Origin: the human T2T-CHM13v2.0 reference genome, Homo sapiens
Assembly (NCBI RefSeq): GCF_009914755.1
Contig: NC_060931.1
Direction: 5' to 3' (one strand)
Length of the DNA stretch: 64,000 nt
Of the stretch, positions 13,611 through 28,046 are shown piece after piece (positions within the stretch are counted from its first letter, which is position 1; each line of letters opens with the position of its first letter). The position numbers and the translations under genes are program-made. The notes under the pieces are model-generated. The model ran no database searches, had not been told where the DNA came from, and saw only the letters and a list, made by a program, of their open reading frames with translations.

Positions 13611-14955
13611 ATTTTTAGTTCTTAATTCAACTACAAGTATTTTCTCTAATATAATTTTCTAAGAGCTTTACATAATTTGTATATTTCCTGTCTACCTAGG
13701 TTTATCATCCCTTAAGGTTTGAGCCCAGCTTTCAGAATAACTTAAACTCTATCCCCAACATCTAGTTAATTTTTCAGTGTAAAGTCTTAAACTGAATCTA
13801 ACAAAATCTTGTTTGAATATGCAACAGGATTGAATGGAATTGTACTGGATATCATCGGTAACAATGATCGTAGTGTCTCATTCTTCCCCTTTTAGAGAGG
13901 AAATCATGTAGAAATGAGGACACACAGAGCTCTCCTATTCTATATTAGGGCTTATTAACATTCATAAGTTGGGCGCTACTAAGCTTCTAACCCCTTCATT
14001 TTCCTTTATATCATAACTATTTCTCTGATGTGTATACTGGCTTCCTCCATTATATTCCCTCTACTCATTTTTATTTCTTTCTCATCAAAGCCATTTTCTC
14101 TCCTCTTTCTGTCTCCTAACCTAGTTTACCTCCTCTATGGTTAACCCACTCAGAGAATAGCTGTCCTTTATGTCTTCTTTCAGACACATCTTCTCCTCTT
14201 TGTCGACCTCTCACAGGCTGTCTTTGTTATAAACCTTTGTAATCACTCAGCAAGTCCTGCTTCACGCATTCAGCTATTTCAGTTCTTCACAATCAGTATA
14301 AATCTTTGAATTCAATTCTGCTCATACAGCTTCAATTGAAAATCTCGGAACCAACTCACTGATCAAACACAGCCTGTAAAGAACTCTTCTCCGTAACGGA
14401 TTACCCACTCCCAAAGACTCCCTTCTGGATTCAGCCTCATTCCAGAGACAGCTTCTGCCTGCCAGGCTTTCTTTGCAATCTCATCTTCATTGTGTGTCAG
14501 CCATAGTGATAGGTTAATACTATAGAAGTTCTCAAATGGTTTTCAAACTTCAAATTAAAAAAAAAAGAGAGAGGAAAACCATGAGATCCAGTGAGGCCTA
14601 CACCACAGGAGAGGACCCAGAAAGGGGGTACAAGACCCCAGGTGAAATCAAGATGAAGTGGCTTTAGGTACATCACAGGTCACTCAGCCCTTCTGAGGTT
14701 TCCAAAATCGTACTCTCTATGCAAATGCTCTTCCTTCAAATATTTTCATGTAACCTGACAAAACAATATCTTATAGACACTGCTTGATTTTGTGCTTTTA
14801 AAAGCACTGCCTTTCTTATGCAATTTCTCTGCTCAAAATCGAGAAAGACTTCACAGTGTGGATGGCTAGGGACTGTTGTTTGATTACCTCTGGCACTTGG
14901 AATCTGAAACTCTTGCCTAGTCTACAGTAATCAACTATTCAAACAGGATGGGAAA

Positions 14956-14975
14956 CACACACACACACACACACA
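14956..14975 (+). repeat. (CA)n microsatellite
   Basis: Seen directly. Confidence 0.9.
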
Positions 14976-16633
14976 TGTTGGGAAATTCAATTAAGATCAA
15001 CTCATTTCTTTGCAATCAAAAATCAAAAACCACAGGAATAATCTCATACTTTTTTTTAACTAGGAATTTCTCTCTTCCGGCTAAACTTAAAGCCAATAAT
15101 AACTGTTTCTGTTTCTCCAAACTTTAGGTTTTTCCAATTTGTGGATCACCTTTTATTTCTTCTGAGGATGTCAAGTTTCATATCAGAATGTCCCTGGAAA
15201 TTTTAGAAAGAAAATCTCATATAGCAGCTAATCTCTCTTTTTATCTTGTGTCTTTGTCTAATCACCACAACCAAGAAAGTTAAATAGTAAACTGCACCAA
15301 TATTATATGTTGCCCAAACTGGAAAATATTTAAAGTTTTATTTCCTGGACCTGACTTAAACTAGAGGCCCTAAAACTTTTCAGTGCCCCACATAAATGAT
15401 TGCTGCATAAAAGTACTTGTCTCATTAATGAAGAATGAAAATACAACTTTGGGAAAAAATATCCCTGTGGATGAAGTTGTCAAAAAATCTGTTTGCTGCA
15501 TTTACGTACAGACAATTTCATTAGCATTGAACTCTTCACATAATTATTAATCTCATGTTCGGTTTTTACTCAGATTTCTGAACAAAATCAGCATTAAAAA
15601 GTGAGATTAGGCAAAAACTTGCTGTATCATTCACTTCATCATCATTACTGTTGTTATTCATGTTTTGCTTTTATGTGCATCCATGTTATTCTATCTTCAC
15701 TGGACCCCTATTTGTCCTTCTGTTTCTAAGCTCACTTGGTGTAGCTCTAGGTTTCAGGGCTAGGACAAGGCAGCATAATTTTGAGAGGTGAAATGAATGC
15801 CTTTGCTGCTCCAGGCAGCAGGGCATGGAGGACAGAGCGGGAAGTTTGTTAGTACATTGTAGAATCTGATATCTTTTTGCTCTCAGGTTTTAAAAGACTA
15901 TAAAATAATATTGAGCATCTTGCTGACATTTCACTTTGTTCTAACATGAAGTGTTTGCTCTCTATATCTGGGGTATACCATCATCATGGACTTCATCTTC
16001 ACCATGTCTGTGTTTATTTATCCAAGAATGTCTTCATCCCCCCTATATTGGAATGCATGATTTTTATATAATGTCTTCTTCATTTTAATTTTACCCTCTA
16101 ATGTGGATATAGCACATCCCCTGGTAGCTTCTTGATCCTTTAGTACAACCTACTTCTTCTCTGAAAGTTAGAAGAATCTTGTTTTTGTTCCAGATGTTCT
16201 GAAATTTCAAAACAACGTGACTTGGAATAGGTCAGTTTTCATGTATTTGCTGGGTGTTCACTTTAACATTGGCAACTCATGTTCTTACATTTCTTTTTAT
16301 TTATCTGTTTGTGATTCTGTCTCTTATGATTTATCTATTGTCTCTTTCTAGAATGCTTTTCATTGTGGTTTTAAATCAGAGTTCTTTTTTCTTCTTGAAA
16401 ATTTCCTTTTCTAATGGCGTTCTATTACTGCTTTATGAATGCAATACCTTTTTTGTATCCCAAGGATAATAAAACATCTTTTTTTCCCTTCTTTCTTAGT
16501 TTTCTCCAAGTTACTTGATTCTGTTCATTTTTTTCTGACCTTCACAGCTTTCCTCATATTCGTGATTATTATTAGCTGTGTGTTTATTATTACGGGTGGG
16601 AGGGTCTTGTTGACTTGGAGCTTTACTGTGGGT

Positions 16634-16768
16634 TAGAGTAACAATTATGTCCTGGCTTGCTCAGTACAGTCCCATTTTACTCCCATTGCCCTGATGTCCT
16701 TGTGAATAGCTCTTCCTTTTATTCTCAGTAGTGTCCTTGTTTGGATGATAAATTATTTGATCACCTCA
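16634..16768. mobile_element. MER94-like hAT-Blackjack MITE
   Basis: tagagtaac...tgtcctggcttgctcagtacagtccc...gtttggatgataaattatttgatcacct, about 134 bp. Confidence 0.75.
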
Positions 16769-17349
16769 CTGCAGAGGAAGCTGAGTGTTCCTGTTTTAGG
16801 ACTCTCTCATCTGTTGTCAGCATTATTTTTTTCATTTTCTCTTTATTAGTCAGGTTCTCTAAGGATACGTTTTAAAATTTCTTTCCTGGAGGTTTCTGAT
16901 CTGGTTGCCAACAATCTTGGAACCATTTGGGGAAAGAGGTCTAACAGCATGAACATTCAGTATTTGGTACAAGTGTAGGCAATCTCCATTTTCTGTGTAG
17001 TTTCCACATTCTTTGTAATACTTGGTTCTTCTCAATGCAGGGATTCTTTTAGAAAATAAACCTCCAGTTATCTCCCAGAGTGAGAGAGGAGTAGTCAATC
17101 AGCCACAAGGCTTAGGAGACCTAGGGATCTACTATCTGTCAAACAGCCTTAATGCAGTTCTCCTTACTTTATTAATTACTGAATCTTTTATGGATTCATG
17201 GTCGAAAGTTGGGTTGGTTCTCATCTTTCCAGACTTTCAAGTTAAGATTCAGCATTCTACTAAGTCAGTGAGCACATATTCATTTACTTTCCATCCTCCA
17301 AAATTGTATTGCTAGTATTGATTCATATTCTCCCGGTCTTTGTGGGAAA

Positions 17350-17351
17350 TA

Positions 17352-17394
<43 letters not shown>

Positions 17395-17556
17395 TCCCTA
17401 GCTTTAGGAGTATGCATATGTGTATGTGTGTGTGTGTGTGTGTGTATTCCCTAGCTTTAGGAGTACGCATATGTGTGTGTGTATTCCCTAGCTTTAGGGG
17501 TATATATATGTGTGTGTGTGTGTGAGAGACTGTGTGTGTATTCCCTAGCTTTAGGG

Positions 17557-17590
<34 letters not shown>

Positions 17591-17690
17591 TCCCTAGCTT
17601 TAGGGGTATATGTGTGTGTGTGAGTGTGTGTATTCCCTAGCTTTAGGGGTGTATATATGTGTGTGTGTATTCCCTAGCTTTAGGGGTATA

Positions 17691-17730
<40 letters not shown>

Positions 17731-17753
17731 TGTGAATTCCCTAGCTTTAGGGG
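17350..17753. repeat. Compound minisatellite: 8 x ATTCCCTAGCTTTAGG separated by (TG)n
   Basis: Core starts at 17393, 17446, 17483, 17540, 17589, 17632, 17669 and 17736. Confidence 0.97.
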
Positions 17754-17989
17754 ATTTAGAAGGCATATAAGTTAAATGTCAGTGTGCCAGTGTTTACTCA
17801 CCATCCTAACCAAGGTGCAGCTTCTTTATTTTTAATTCTGTAATTTAATGTCATAAAACCAAATAGTTCAAATACATGTTTCAAAACATGTATTTTAAAA
17901 TGTATGAAAATCTCCAAATTTTAATGTAAATTAATAAATTTTCCTTTTTGGTTAAGGAGTGTCATAATTCTTAAAGTGTTTATTATTGA

Positions 17990-18190
17990 TTATCTGCTGT
18001 ATGAGAGGTAATATGATAAATTCTTTCATCTATTGTGTTTCATTTATTCTTCACAATAACCCTGAGAAGTATTAGGGTCCCAATTTTGAGATATGGAAAC
18101 TGAAACACAAACAGATATTAACATTCTCTGTAACACAATTTACAAAAGGCTGTTTACACAAAGAATATAGATTTGGATGACATCCTGTAT
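17990..18190 (-). mobile_element. MIR SINE
   Basis: tcatttattcttcacaataaccctgag...gatatggaaactga. Confidence 0.65.
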
Positions 18191-21100
18191 CATTTAGTGG
18201 CATAAGTGTGTCACTTTCACTTTTTAATAGGTTGAAACATTCGAAGAAACCCTCAGTTCTTATAATAATATAAATTACTATTATTATTATTTGAAAATTT
18301 TTTTTCTTCTCTCTATGATTTCTGGTTAACTGGATTCTAGACTGATCAAGGGCCATGTCTGTCTTGTTTACTACTGAACCCAGCAGAGTGTCTGGTATAT
18401 GTCAGCACTACTACTGCTGTGAATAGACCTCACCACTGTGTCTTTTTCAGTAGAGCTAAGTAGCCACCACCAATCTCAGTGCTAAATAAGAAAACAAGTT
18501 TGAGATAGGTAAGAGTGTGCATCACTTATAATTAGAAGACATGCGTTTATTAGCAATATGCTAAAAAAATCATTCACACAATCTGTCCTATAAACTTGAA
18601 AAAGTCCAAGTGCTCTATCCTTTTAGGTGCTCCAACTTGTCCTTGTATGGCTGTTTTTACAGTAAATATGAAAATATTCTAGAAGCAGGATTGAGTTTGC
18701 CTTATACTGGGATCAGGTAACTAGAGTCCTCTAATTTAATGACTGAAAAAGATCTATTTAAGAATCAGGCCTCAGTCAGCATTATGAAAAGTAAAAGGTA
18801 AAGAGTTCACTAGATTCTTTCATCATTTTGATGCAAGAGTGAAGAGTTACTAAAATGTTTTAGCTAAGCAACATAGGTGAACATCAGTAATTTCTTCCAC
18901 CAATGAAAAGTCAACTTCCATAATGCAACTAACAATTAAATTTATGTAACAAAATAGCAGGTTTTGAGCTATGATAAATGCAACTTATACGTTTGGGGTA
19001 GTATCTACCTCTAAAATCTGTTCTTTTAATGAAATGCTAGCCAACCCCCCTATGAAGTGTGGGTTTTGTTCTCGCTTAGGGTGACTGACCAGCCTTACAC
19101 CAACCCTTGGATATAGAGCCATATTGTCTAATACACATGCAATTATATCTAACCATCCTTGGGATGTATTTTAAAAGTAAATTACAAACCACATAGCCTA
19201 TGAGTTGACTATCCAGGTAGTTTTACCAACTGTTTATAAAAGAAACTATGTCAACATAAAGCAGTCAGTTTGGAAAACACGTGCAAGAGATGGTTACTTT
19301 CACGTGACCAGCATGTTGCTTAGTTGTAACATGCTATAAAGGGTTGTGTTTTACTAAGAGTGTCACTGATGATCCTCGGTTCATTCATCATACTTCTGCA
19401 TCACTGCTGCTACTTACTAACTACAATCCCAGGCCAGCTTAAGCATTAGTTTTCTTTACATTTTGCTTTGCTCATTGCTTCTTTAATATATCCTTATTAC
19501 CATAGTCTTCCCTCTGTGTTCTCCAGTAGATAGAAGAAGAGGATTTGACATGACGCTAAGCACATTAATATAATAGTTTCTTCTCCCAGTGGTATTTGCA
19601 TTTCAAAGAGAATAACAACAAGATGAACCAAAATATGGAAGCAATATTTTCAGACAGGATACCTTCCATTGCTCTCTAAATCACTCCTATCTGTAGCCCC
19701 CATTCTACTTGTGTATACAAAGGCTTGTAGCCCATGTAACGTTTAAAGTCTCTCCCATGTAGAGTTTCTTCTATTGGGGTGGCAGGAGGGGGCTGAAATG
19801 GCAAGCCACTATTTCTATTAACTGCTCTGTCTTTTGCTTCAATATCTGCTTCATAACAAGTTTTTTTTTTCTCAGTAGCTACCCCATTTTATAGGCAAAG
19901 GCTCAGAGGAAAATGAGATCAGAGAAAAAAAATGAGTTAAATATCATCTGCAAACAAATATAAAGCAACACACCATGCAAGAAAGGCTCACCCCCTCTGG
20001 ATAGAGAATTCTCTCTTGGTATCGTGTTGGTGTCATTGTTCTCACCACCTCTACTCTCCTCAAGTTTATCTTTTCTTTGGGAGTTCCAGATTCTATTTAT
20101 TAAGTATCCAGTATTTCCATACACAGTATTCATTTTTAATATTGAAATCCTAATCTCCATTACTATTGATATTTGATAGCAAAATGTTCCAACTTCTATA
20201 CAACATTTGAGTACTTCCTTCATTGTGGCCGCTTTAGAATCTATCTGTATGTAACTATGGGTAGGCAAGGACCAAACTTGCTCAGAAAGTTTCATAGATG
20301 CTGCGGTTTTATCATTACATTGCCTATCTGCATGGTGATTTTTTTAATCAGTTATTATAAGCATGTTTGATACTTTTGATTGATAATGGAAAGTAAAAGA
20401 ATGAAAGTTCAGCTAATTAAAAGAGATGATTAGAAAGAAGTTGGCTTTGCAGGAGATTGGTTGATAAAACAACTGATATTTTCTTTTTCTTGTTTCAAGC
20501 CTTGGGCAGAACTCTTATGAAAGCATTTAGAATTTAGAGGGCTTGTCATGGCCACACTAAGCATCTGACTCATCTGGTTGCTGCAATGTCATTAAAATGA
20601 ATTTTTGGTGCCGGTTCAATTTGTCTTTGGCTCTACAGACATTAACTTATTCACATTGATTGCTCTCCCATTAACGGTAGTGTAGTAAAGGAAACGAAAT
20701 AAGAATATAGTGTTCAAAAGCAGGTCTACATGCAAAGGGTTTCTTTAACAGTATTATTATATCATGATGTTTTCAGAGATGTGAAGTATATTTATTAAGT
20801 ATATTCCTAGATTATAAGAATGTTGCTTTAAATGATATATTAATTTTCTACCATAGTGGAAAATTATTTAGTATACAGTATAAATCATTCCTCAAATAAA
20901 AAATTATGGGATTTATATAAGCATGTCAATATCAACTTTTCATTTAGAAAACTACAAAAGAAACCATTTATTTAAACACTTTAAAACCCTGTGTATTACG
21001 AAATTAAAGTATCATTTTCAACAGAGATACAACTTTTCCGTCTTTTGCCTTCTCTAAGCTTAGAAAACTCACAAAGTTTATGAACTTTAAATCAAAATCA

Positions 21101-22718
21101 ATGTTTCTTAGTTTCTCATCAATATTATTTTAAAATATTGAATATCTTTAATAAATATGGAGAAAAAATTAATTCAGAAATATTCTTGCAAATTGGTCTC
21201 TTTTAACATAATCTTTAAGTCATTGCTTACACTTCCCAGTCACTTTAGTAAATTCTTAATTGACGTGGTTCCAAATCTCTTCCTAATTCTGGTCATTATG
21301 TTCTTTTTTAAATGTAATGAACTGTGTGGTGTGATTAACAGCAAGCTTCATGCCAAGTACAATACAGTGGGGTTTTATCAGATAGCAGAGAGAGGGTGTG
21401 AATCGTTTCCCAGACTTATGAAATATCTATGTTTATCATTCTTTGTTATCTCCCAGGTACAGTTTTCAGAATTTTAATGTGTTTAAATAAGCTTGCATAA
21501 TTGTTAATGTATTTACTTAACCAATATTTATGAGTGCATCTTATGTTTCAGGCATAGGTACACAGTGACAAACACACATAAAATCTGATTGTGTGGAACT
21601 TATAATGTTATAAGTATGTATAAAATTATTTCAAATAATCTGTTATAATATGCCAGTGATACAGTTATTGCTGTCAGAGACATTGAATTATTGAAAAATG
21701 AGAAAAGTTTATATTATTAATATGCCATTTATAGCCAATTTCTGATAGATAGTTAATTACCTTAAGAAAGCAATTCTCAAACTTTAGTGATTTGTGCATT
21801 GTCTTCAGAAGTTTCACCAAGCCCCAGACCACCTATTTAATTATTTAATAAATATGTTTTTAATGGACTCCCTTTTTAAAATCTTATTCTCATTCTAAGC
21901 AACAATTTCCATGAAAGGTTGTGTTTAGTTCACTTGACATTGCTTCCTCCTGTGCTGTCAGAACATCATATTGTTTAGATATATCATAATGCAATATCAT
22001 ATGAAATGATATTTCACAAACCATCAATGGTACATACACTTGGGAAATTCTGGCTTAACTAAATCCTTGTACCTAATTTAATAGGTACTTTTCTCCAAAA
22101 CTATTAACTTGTATGACCTTAGACCAAGAATTGTGACTAGTACAATTCACAAATTGTCAAAATTGAATACCTTATCTAAATGCAAAGAAGTCTTCAGCAT
22201 AACTTTATTTTAAAACACAGATGTTGTGATTTGATAGTAAATTATTCAACTGGATTCTAATGAGTTATTTGCTGACTGTTCATGCATGTTGACCCAAGTA
22301 CTCTTCATTCCCACATCTGTCCTTTAGACAGTCTCCTTTTTCTGTCCTTCCAACTATAACTCTGATTTAATATTTAATGAACAATTACTATGTTTTATAT
22401 TCCTTCCCTCAAAGAGGACAAGCTGTCCCAAGACATTCTAAAATGACCACTCCTCCCACCCCTGTGAGTTCTCTGTGCAACCCTGCCGTCCCTGGCCTCT
22501 CCTTCTGTCTCTCACCTTACCAAGCTCTTAGTCCTAAGTTTCAGGTAATGGCTATTACACCCTCACTGAATTTTGAGCTGAAGAGAATATTAATTACCTA
22601 GTCACATCTAGTTTTACAGATGAAAAAATTGAGACTTATGTTTTGACAGTCCATACTTAAATGCTGAAATTTTTTTTAATTGGGTTCAGCATCTTCACAG
22701 AATTAACCCCAATCATGA

Positions 22719-23370
<652 letters not shown>

Positions 23371-25666
23371 CCATTTTTGTCACTTCATTATAATATCCAC
23401 TTTATTCCAGGTGCCATTCTAGAGGTATAAGATACTGTATAAATTTATAAGACACAAATTATATTTTTAACAGATCTTTGGTCTAGTTTAAAAGACAGAA
23501 GTAAAAGTATTTATTCACCAGATTTACATACAAGTAATTTTGGGCTATTGTCACAATTCAAATCTACCTTCATAGGAGAAATATTCATGATTATGGATAT
23601 ACATGGAACCATGCTGTATAGACAATTCCAATCAAAATGCTCCACATTGCTTTGGACAATGTCAGGATCACTGGAATAAGTACATAGCATGGCAAAATGA
23701 GTTTTGTGTTGTTTTTCCTCCTGGAAATAAAGCCAATATAAGACCCCTGGTCAACCAAGAGAAAAGCCCATAAAGGCAGGTTCCAGTAGCTCAGAGTAAG
23801 TGTATAGGATTTCTTGTGACAAAAGCATTGTGACATATTATCAGTGAATTTCCCTTCTCCCATCCAAATCTGGTGATTAGTCATTAACTCCAGCTTAACA
23901 GCAACTCAGCAGTAACAACATGTACTCGGTTTAGTTATCTGAAATAAAACAACAACAAAATGTTTCTAATGGTATGACTGTTGTAAAAATATACATTATA
24001 TACAAAGCAGAGAACTTATACATAGTAGGAGTTTGCTAAATAAATATTTCTAATTGATTAAAGAAAATACAATAGTAAGGGCCTACCTATTTATACATAT
24101 AAATAATTTGAGTTATGGAATGTAATGGGAGATTATATAATTTTTTCTCCTTGTGCTGTAAAATATGAACAAAGAGATTTTAGAAGAAAAAGATATAAAG
24201 AATTGTATCACTTATTAAAAACTTAGTTTATTGAAGTTCTTTAAGAGACATTGTACTTTTAAAGAATTTTCGTAATAGCCTCAAGTTTCAAACAAGTGAA
24301 TGTCTGTAATTGACAGCCAACTCTAATGAGAGTTGTGGTGTTGGAAATTAGCTTAGTAGCTTCAATTCTTTACCCTGAACTGGTTTACACTGGCACTTGT
24401 AGATTGCATGTTCTTATTGGAGGTGACATTGAGAGATTACATTAAGTTGGTTATCGATCATACTGTATAGGTTCACTTTACTAAAATGTAATCTCTGTTT
24501 CAACAAATCTAAATCTGACAAAATATGCCATTTTTATGCCTTATGGACTCAGAGGTTATAAGGGGGATGAGAGGCAGGTTGCAGCCCCAAACTCTGGGCA
24601 TTTCAAATCTAGCCCAGAGTGTTATTTATTAAATCAAATGATACATATGAAAATGTTTCCTATATTTAATATGCAGATATGAAACTATAGTACTTTAAAA
24701 AGTACAAAACAAGTGTCATTGAATACTTTCTATCTACAAAACATTCTGGAGAGTATTTGAATGAATAAATCAATTCCCTCCAGATATTTAGTAGTAAAGA
24801 AATTCTTTATGCCAATAGTGATTTATCTATCCTAATTATCATAACAGAAGTAAAACAAAATAGTGTATATATTTCTTTTATTATTTCTAGCTTATCTTAT
24901 TAATTGTGTCAGCTTCTTTTCCTATTTTTCCTCTTATGAGTTAATCTGGTCTTATTCTTTCTGAACTAACCATATCCTACCCTGACTTTACCAAACATAC
25001 AAAAGTAACTATAGCCAAAGCTACTAATATTAATCTGGACTTCTTTATGCAAAACAATGTTCACATTCATTTAACTGCGGACTCTAATCCCCAGAGGCTA
25101 TTTAATCATTATTGTGATATCGTTTTTGTTACTTCAAACATTTGGCATGCAGGCAGAAACATGTATACGTGTATTCCTGGGAAATCTATCAAGCAGATTC
25201 CCAGGAAGTCTCCTAAGGTGATATTGATTACATTCATAATATTATTATTGTTCAGAGACCTTGTTGAAAACCAAGAGGTGGTGAAAGCCTAAGTGAATGA
25301 CCCATTAAATAAAACTCAGTAGACTGATGTATAAAACTAAAAAGCCAATTAATTTAATTTATGAGAAATAATTATCTAGAAACCCTGAAACTCAAAATTA
25401 TAACTACTGCATCTTCTCTCTATGGCAGTTCCATGTAATCAGCTCCATTTGGGGGCTTAGAATCAGCATGAAAGGAATAACATAAATCACATGAATTGAT
25501 GACATACGGCTAAGCCTGTTTGTTGCATTATTTTGCTACTTCAGTCTGCTGGATAAAATTCCTCTCCATTGGATAGTGCTTTGACAATCACCAACCACTT
25601 CTGCTCCTACAACTCTATTTTTTTTCCAAACTTTTAAAATGGAACAAAGACTATTCTGCTCATTTC

Positions 25667-25689
25667 TTATATATATATATAAAAGACAT

Positions 25690-25725
<36 letters not shown>
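25667..25725. repeat. (TA)n microsatellite, interrupted
   Basis: Seen directly. Confidence 0.9.
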
Positions 25726-25727
<2 letters not shown>

Positions 25728-27936
25728 GTCAAACAGATTAAAATTAGTTCTTTCTGACATACAAATCAATCCATCTCATATAGGTTAGTTTACATTTTTC
25801 TATTCTGATCCATGTATCAATTTTAAAGTTTAACTCTTTGCAAATAATTGTATTCCTCACATGTCCACATTGTGGGGACACCAAAGTACTCACAGCATAT
25901 TCTCTAAGGGGAGATGTCTATAAGTCAACATTATAAAATATGAACATTATGTTTACTGTCAGTGTCTCAGTTAACAAAATAATTCATTGATTCTCAGATC
26001 CATATGATTTTTCACAATTTCAACATCTCTGAAATCAGCATGTGTCTTACTATCGGTAGCATCTCACAATCTCTATTGGCCAAGCCGAGACGGTGGCATG
26101 GGTGTCTCTTCCTGTGGACATGTGGCACTTGTATCAAAACTTGAAGAATAGGCCTCAGTGCCTTAGAGGAAAGTTCTGGAGACAATAGAGGCTCAACCTT
26201 TTTAAGAACTCTGTCACCAATGCTTCTGTAGACAGAGAGAACCATTCAGAGGGCACATCAATGATTCAAGCCGCAAAGTGTTTCAAGAGCGTTAGACTAT
26301 GAAAGAGAAGAAATTTGGGGAATGGCTCAACCAAGTCATGTCACTTACGTTTTCCTTTTCAAGTATGCACAAAAGTGATATAATTTTTAAAAGATTAGAA
26401 GAGCTCTTTTGAGATGCTTCATTTTCTCTTTCTTAGGGGTTCACGATAGAGTGGTGTATCTTACAATCCATGGCCTCCTAATTATGAAATATAACAATGC
26501 ATTCTTTCAAGTAATATTCCATCTGTATACATTTATTAGACATTTTAGAAATACTAGGAGCAGAAATCAACATCTTTTTCAAGGCGGGCAAATCTTTATT
26601 TACTCCTTTGTAAAGGATCATTTTAGAAAGTCATTTCCTTATTCTGAAATATGTAGTGGATAAATTTAAGTAATATTTTCAAATTCTGTCCTAATAGCAA
26701 ATGGAAAAATTAAAGCTGTTGATTCATGAGGTATGATGATCTATTCTATTACCACAGAGTCAAAGCCATTACATGGCTTGCCTGTGAAAAAATAGTAGAG
26801 AATACAAATTTGTGTAGATAAGATATGGGAAGAAAATGTCATGTTTAAATCTGTAAATGGAATTCCCTGGAAAAGGGTTAGCAGCACCACTATTACTGAT
26901 GTGAAAAATTCAGAGCTTCTTGCCTCTTCCTCTCTGATCCAGAGATGCTGCTGAGAAAGAAACAGCTCTGTTTTGAAGAGGCTACAGCAGGCAGGCATCT
27001 TCATGCTTACACAGGCCTCTCTCTGCTGAGGTGGCCTCCTGGGGAAGCCTCACAAAAACTCCCTATCCTCAGCTCCCAGGATCAGGGGAGAAGGAGGCCC
27101 TTGATGGCCTGCGGAGATCTTGAGACAAGGCATGCGGCCAGGACAGACGTTGATTGGCATGACCCTCAGTGAGAATCTCAGTGACCTTCCTAGGACCTCC
27201 TGGGTCTGCTAGGGCACATCAGTCTCTGAGTCTCTGTGTTGCCCACAGCCTTCTGTCTGCACTTTCCTATTTGACAGAAACAGCTTCATAAAAGCAGTTC
27301 CCATAAATTGAATTCCCGTGGCTTGACCTAATTTACTATCTCCATATGTCAGTTCCAAATCAGCAGCAGGCATATTTACAGACCTGGGTTGGTTGGCTTA
27401 CCCAATTAAAGATGTTAAGTAATTAAATTGTATTACTTTTTCAAGTATGGAGTATTATTTTTCAAATAATGCAGTATATCCTTATATACTGCACTATTTA
27501 ATATGCTGTTCTAATTTAAAAAACAATAAATATCATTACTATGAGTTAGGAATAAAATAACTGGTGAGTTATATATATACAAATTTATATGTATATTTGA
27601 TATAAAATTATATATAAATATAAATACATTTACATTGTATACAATTATATATGTGTAAATAATATTTGTTATCTCATTATAGATATATAGATCTATTAAT
27701 ATATAGATAGATGATATATGTAGATCTATATATATGATATCAATATATGTGTATAGCTATAGATGATATTAATGTGGAATCACAACTAGAAATAAATAGT
27801 AGGCAAAGGTAATTTTGAGGCCAAAATATAAATACTTATAATCTCTCACCTTTAATTAATTCAGATTTTAAATAATTGACCAACTTATTTTAAATTATTT
27901 TCTATGGAATTTCTGTGGTGTTTTACCTCTCTAAAA

Positions 27937-28030
27937 GTGTGTGTGTGTCTGTTTGTGTGTATATATATGTGTGTGTGTGTATATATGTGTGTGTGTATAT
28001 ATATCTACATATGTATGTGTTTATATATAA
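27937..28030. repeat. (TG)n/(TA)n compound microsatellite
   Basis: Seen directly. Confidence 0.85.
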
Positions 28031-28046
28031 TACTTTATAGGCTATA

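Larger units (their letters stand above)
16000..17815 (-). mobile_element. Ancient L1M 5' region, interrupted by MER94 and a VNTR
   Basis: gatgttctgaaatttca...; the end tttactcaccatcctaacc resembles the antisense L1M 5' end. Boundaries approximate. Confidence 0.55.

Noticed and set aside
17350-17753. CRISPR-like array (identical hairpin repeats with spacers)
   Set aside because: The spacers are (TG)n microsatellite rather than unique sequence, the repeat is only 16 bp, there are no cas genes, and the DNA is a primate intron. It is a VNTR.
19903-21477. Longer unique-sequence ORFs (19903-20295, 21157-21477; likewise 39807-40196, 48844-49206, 57736-58110)
   Set aside because: They have no recognisable domain, their composition is typical of AT-rich intron, and their lengths are within chance expectation for six frames of 64 kb.
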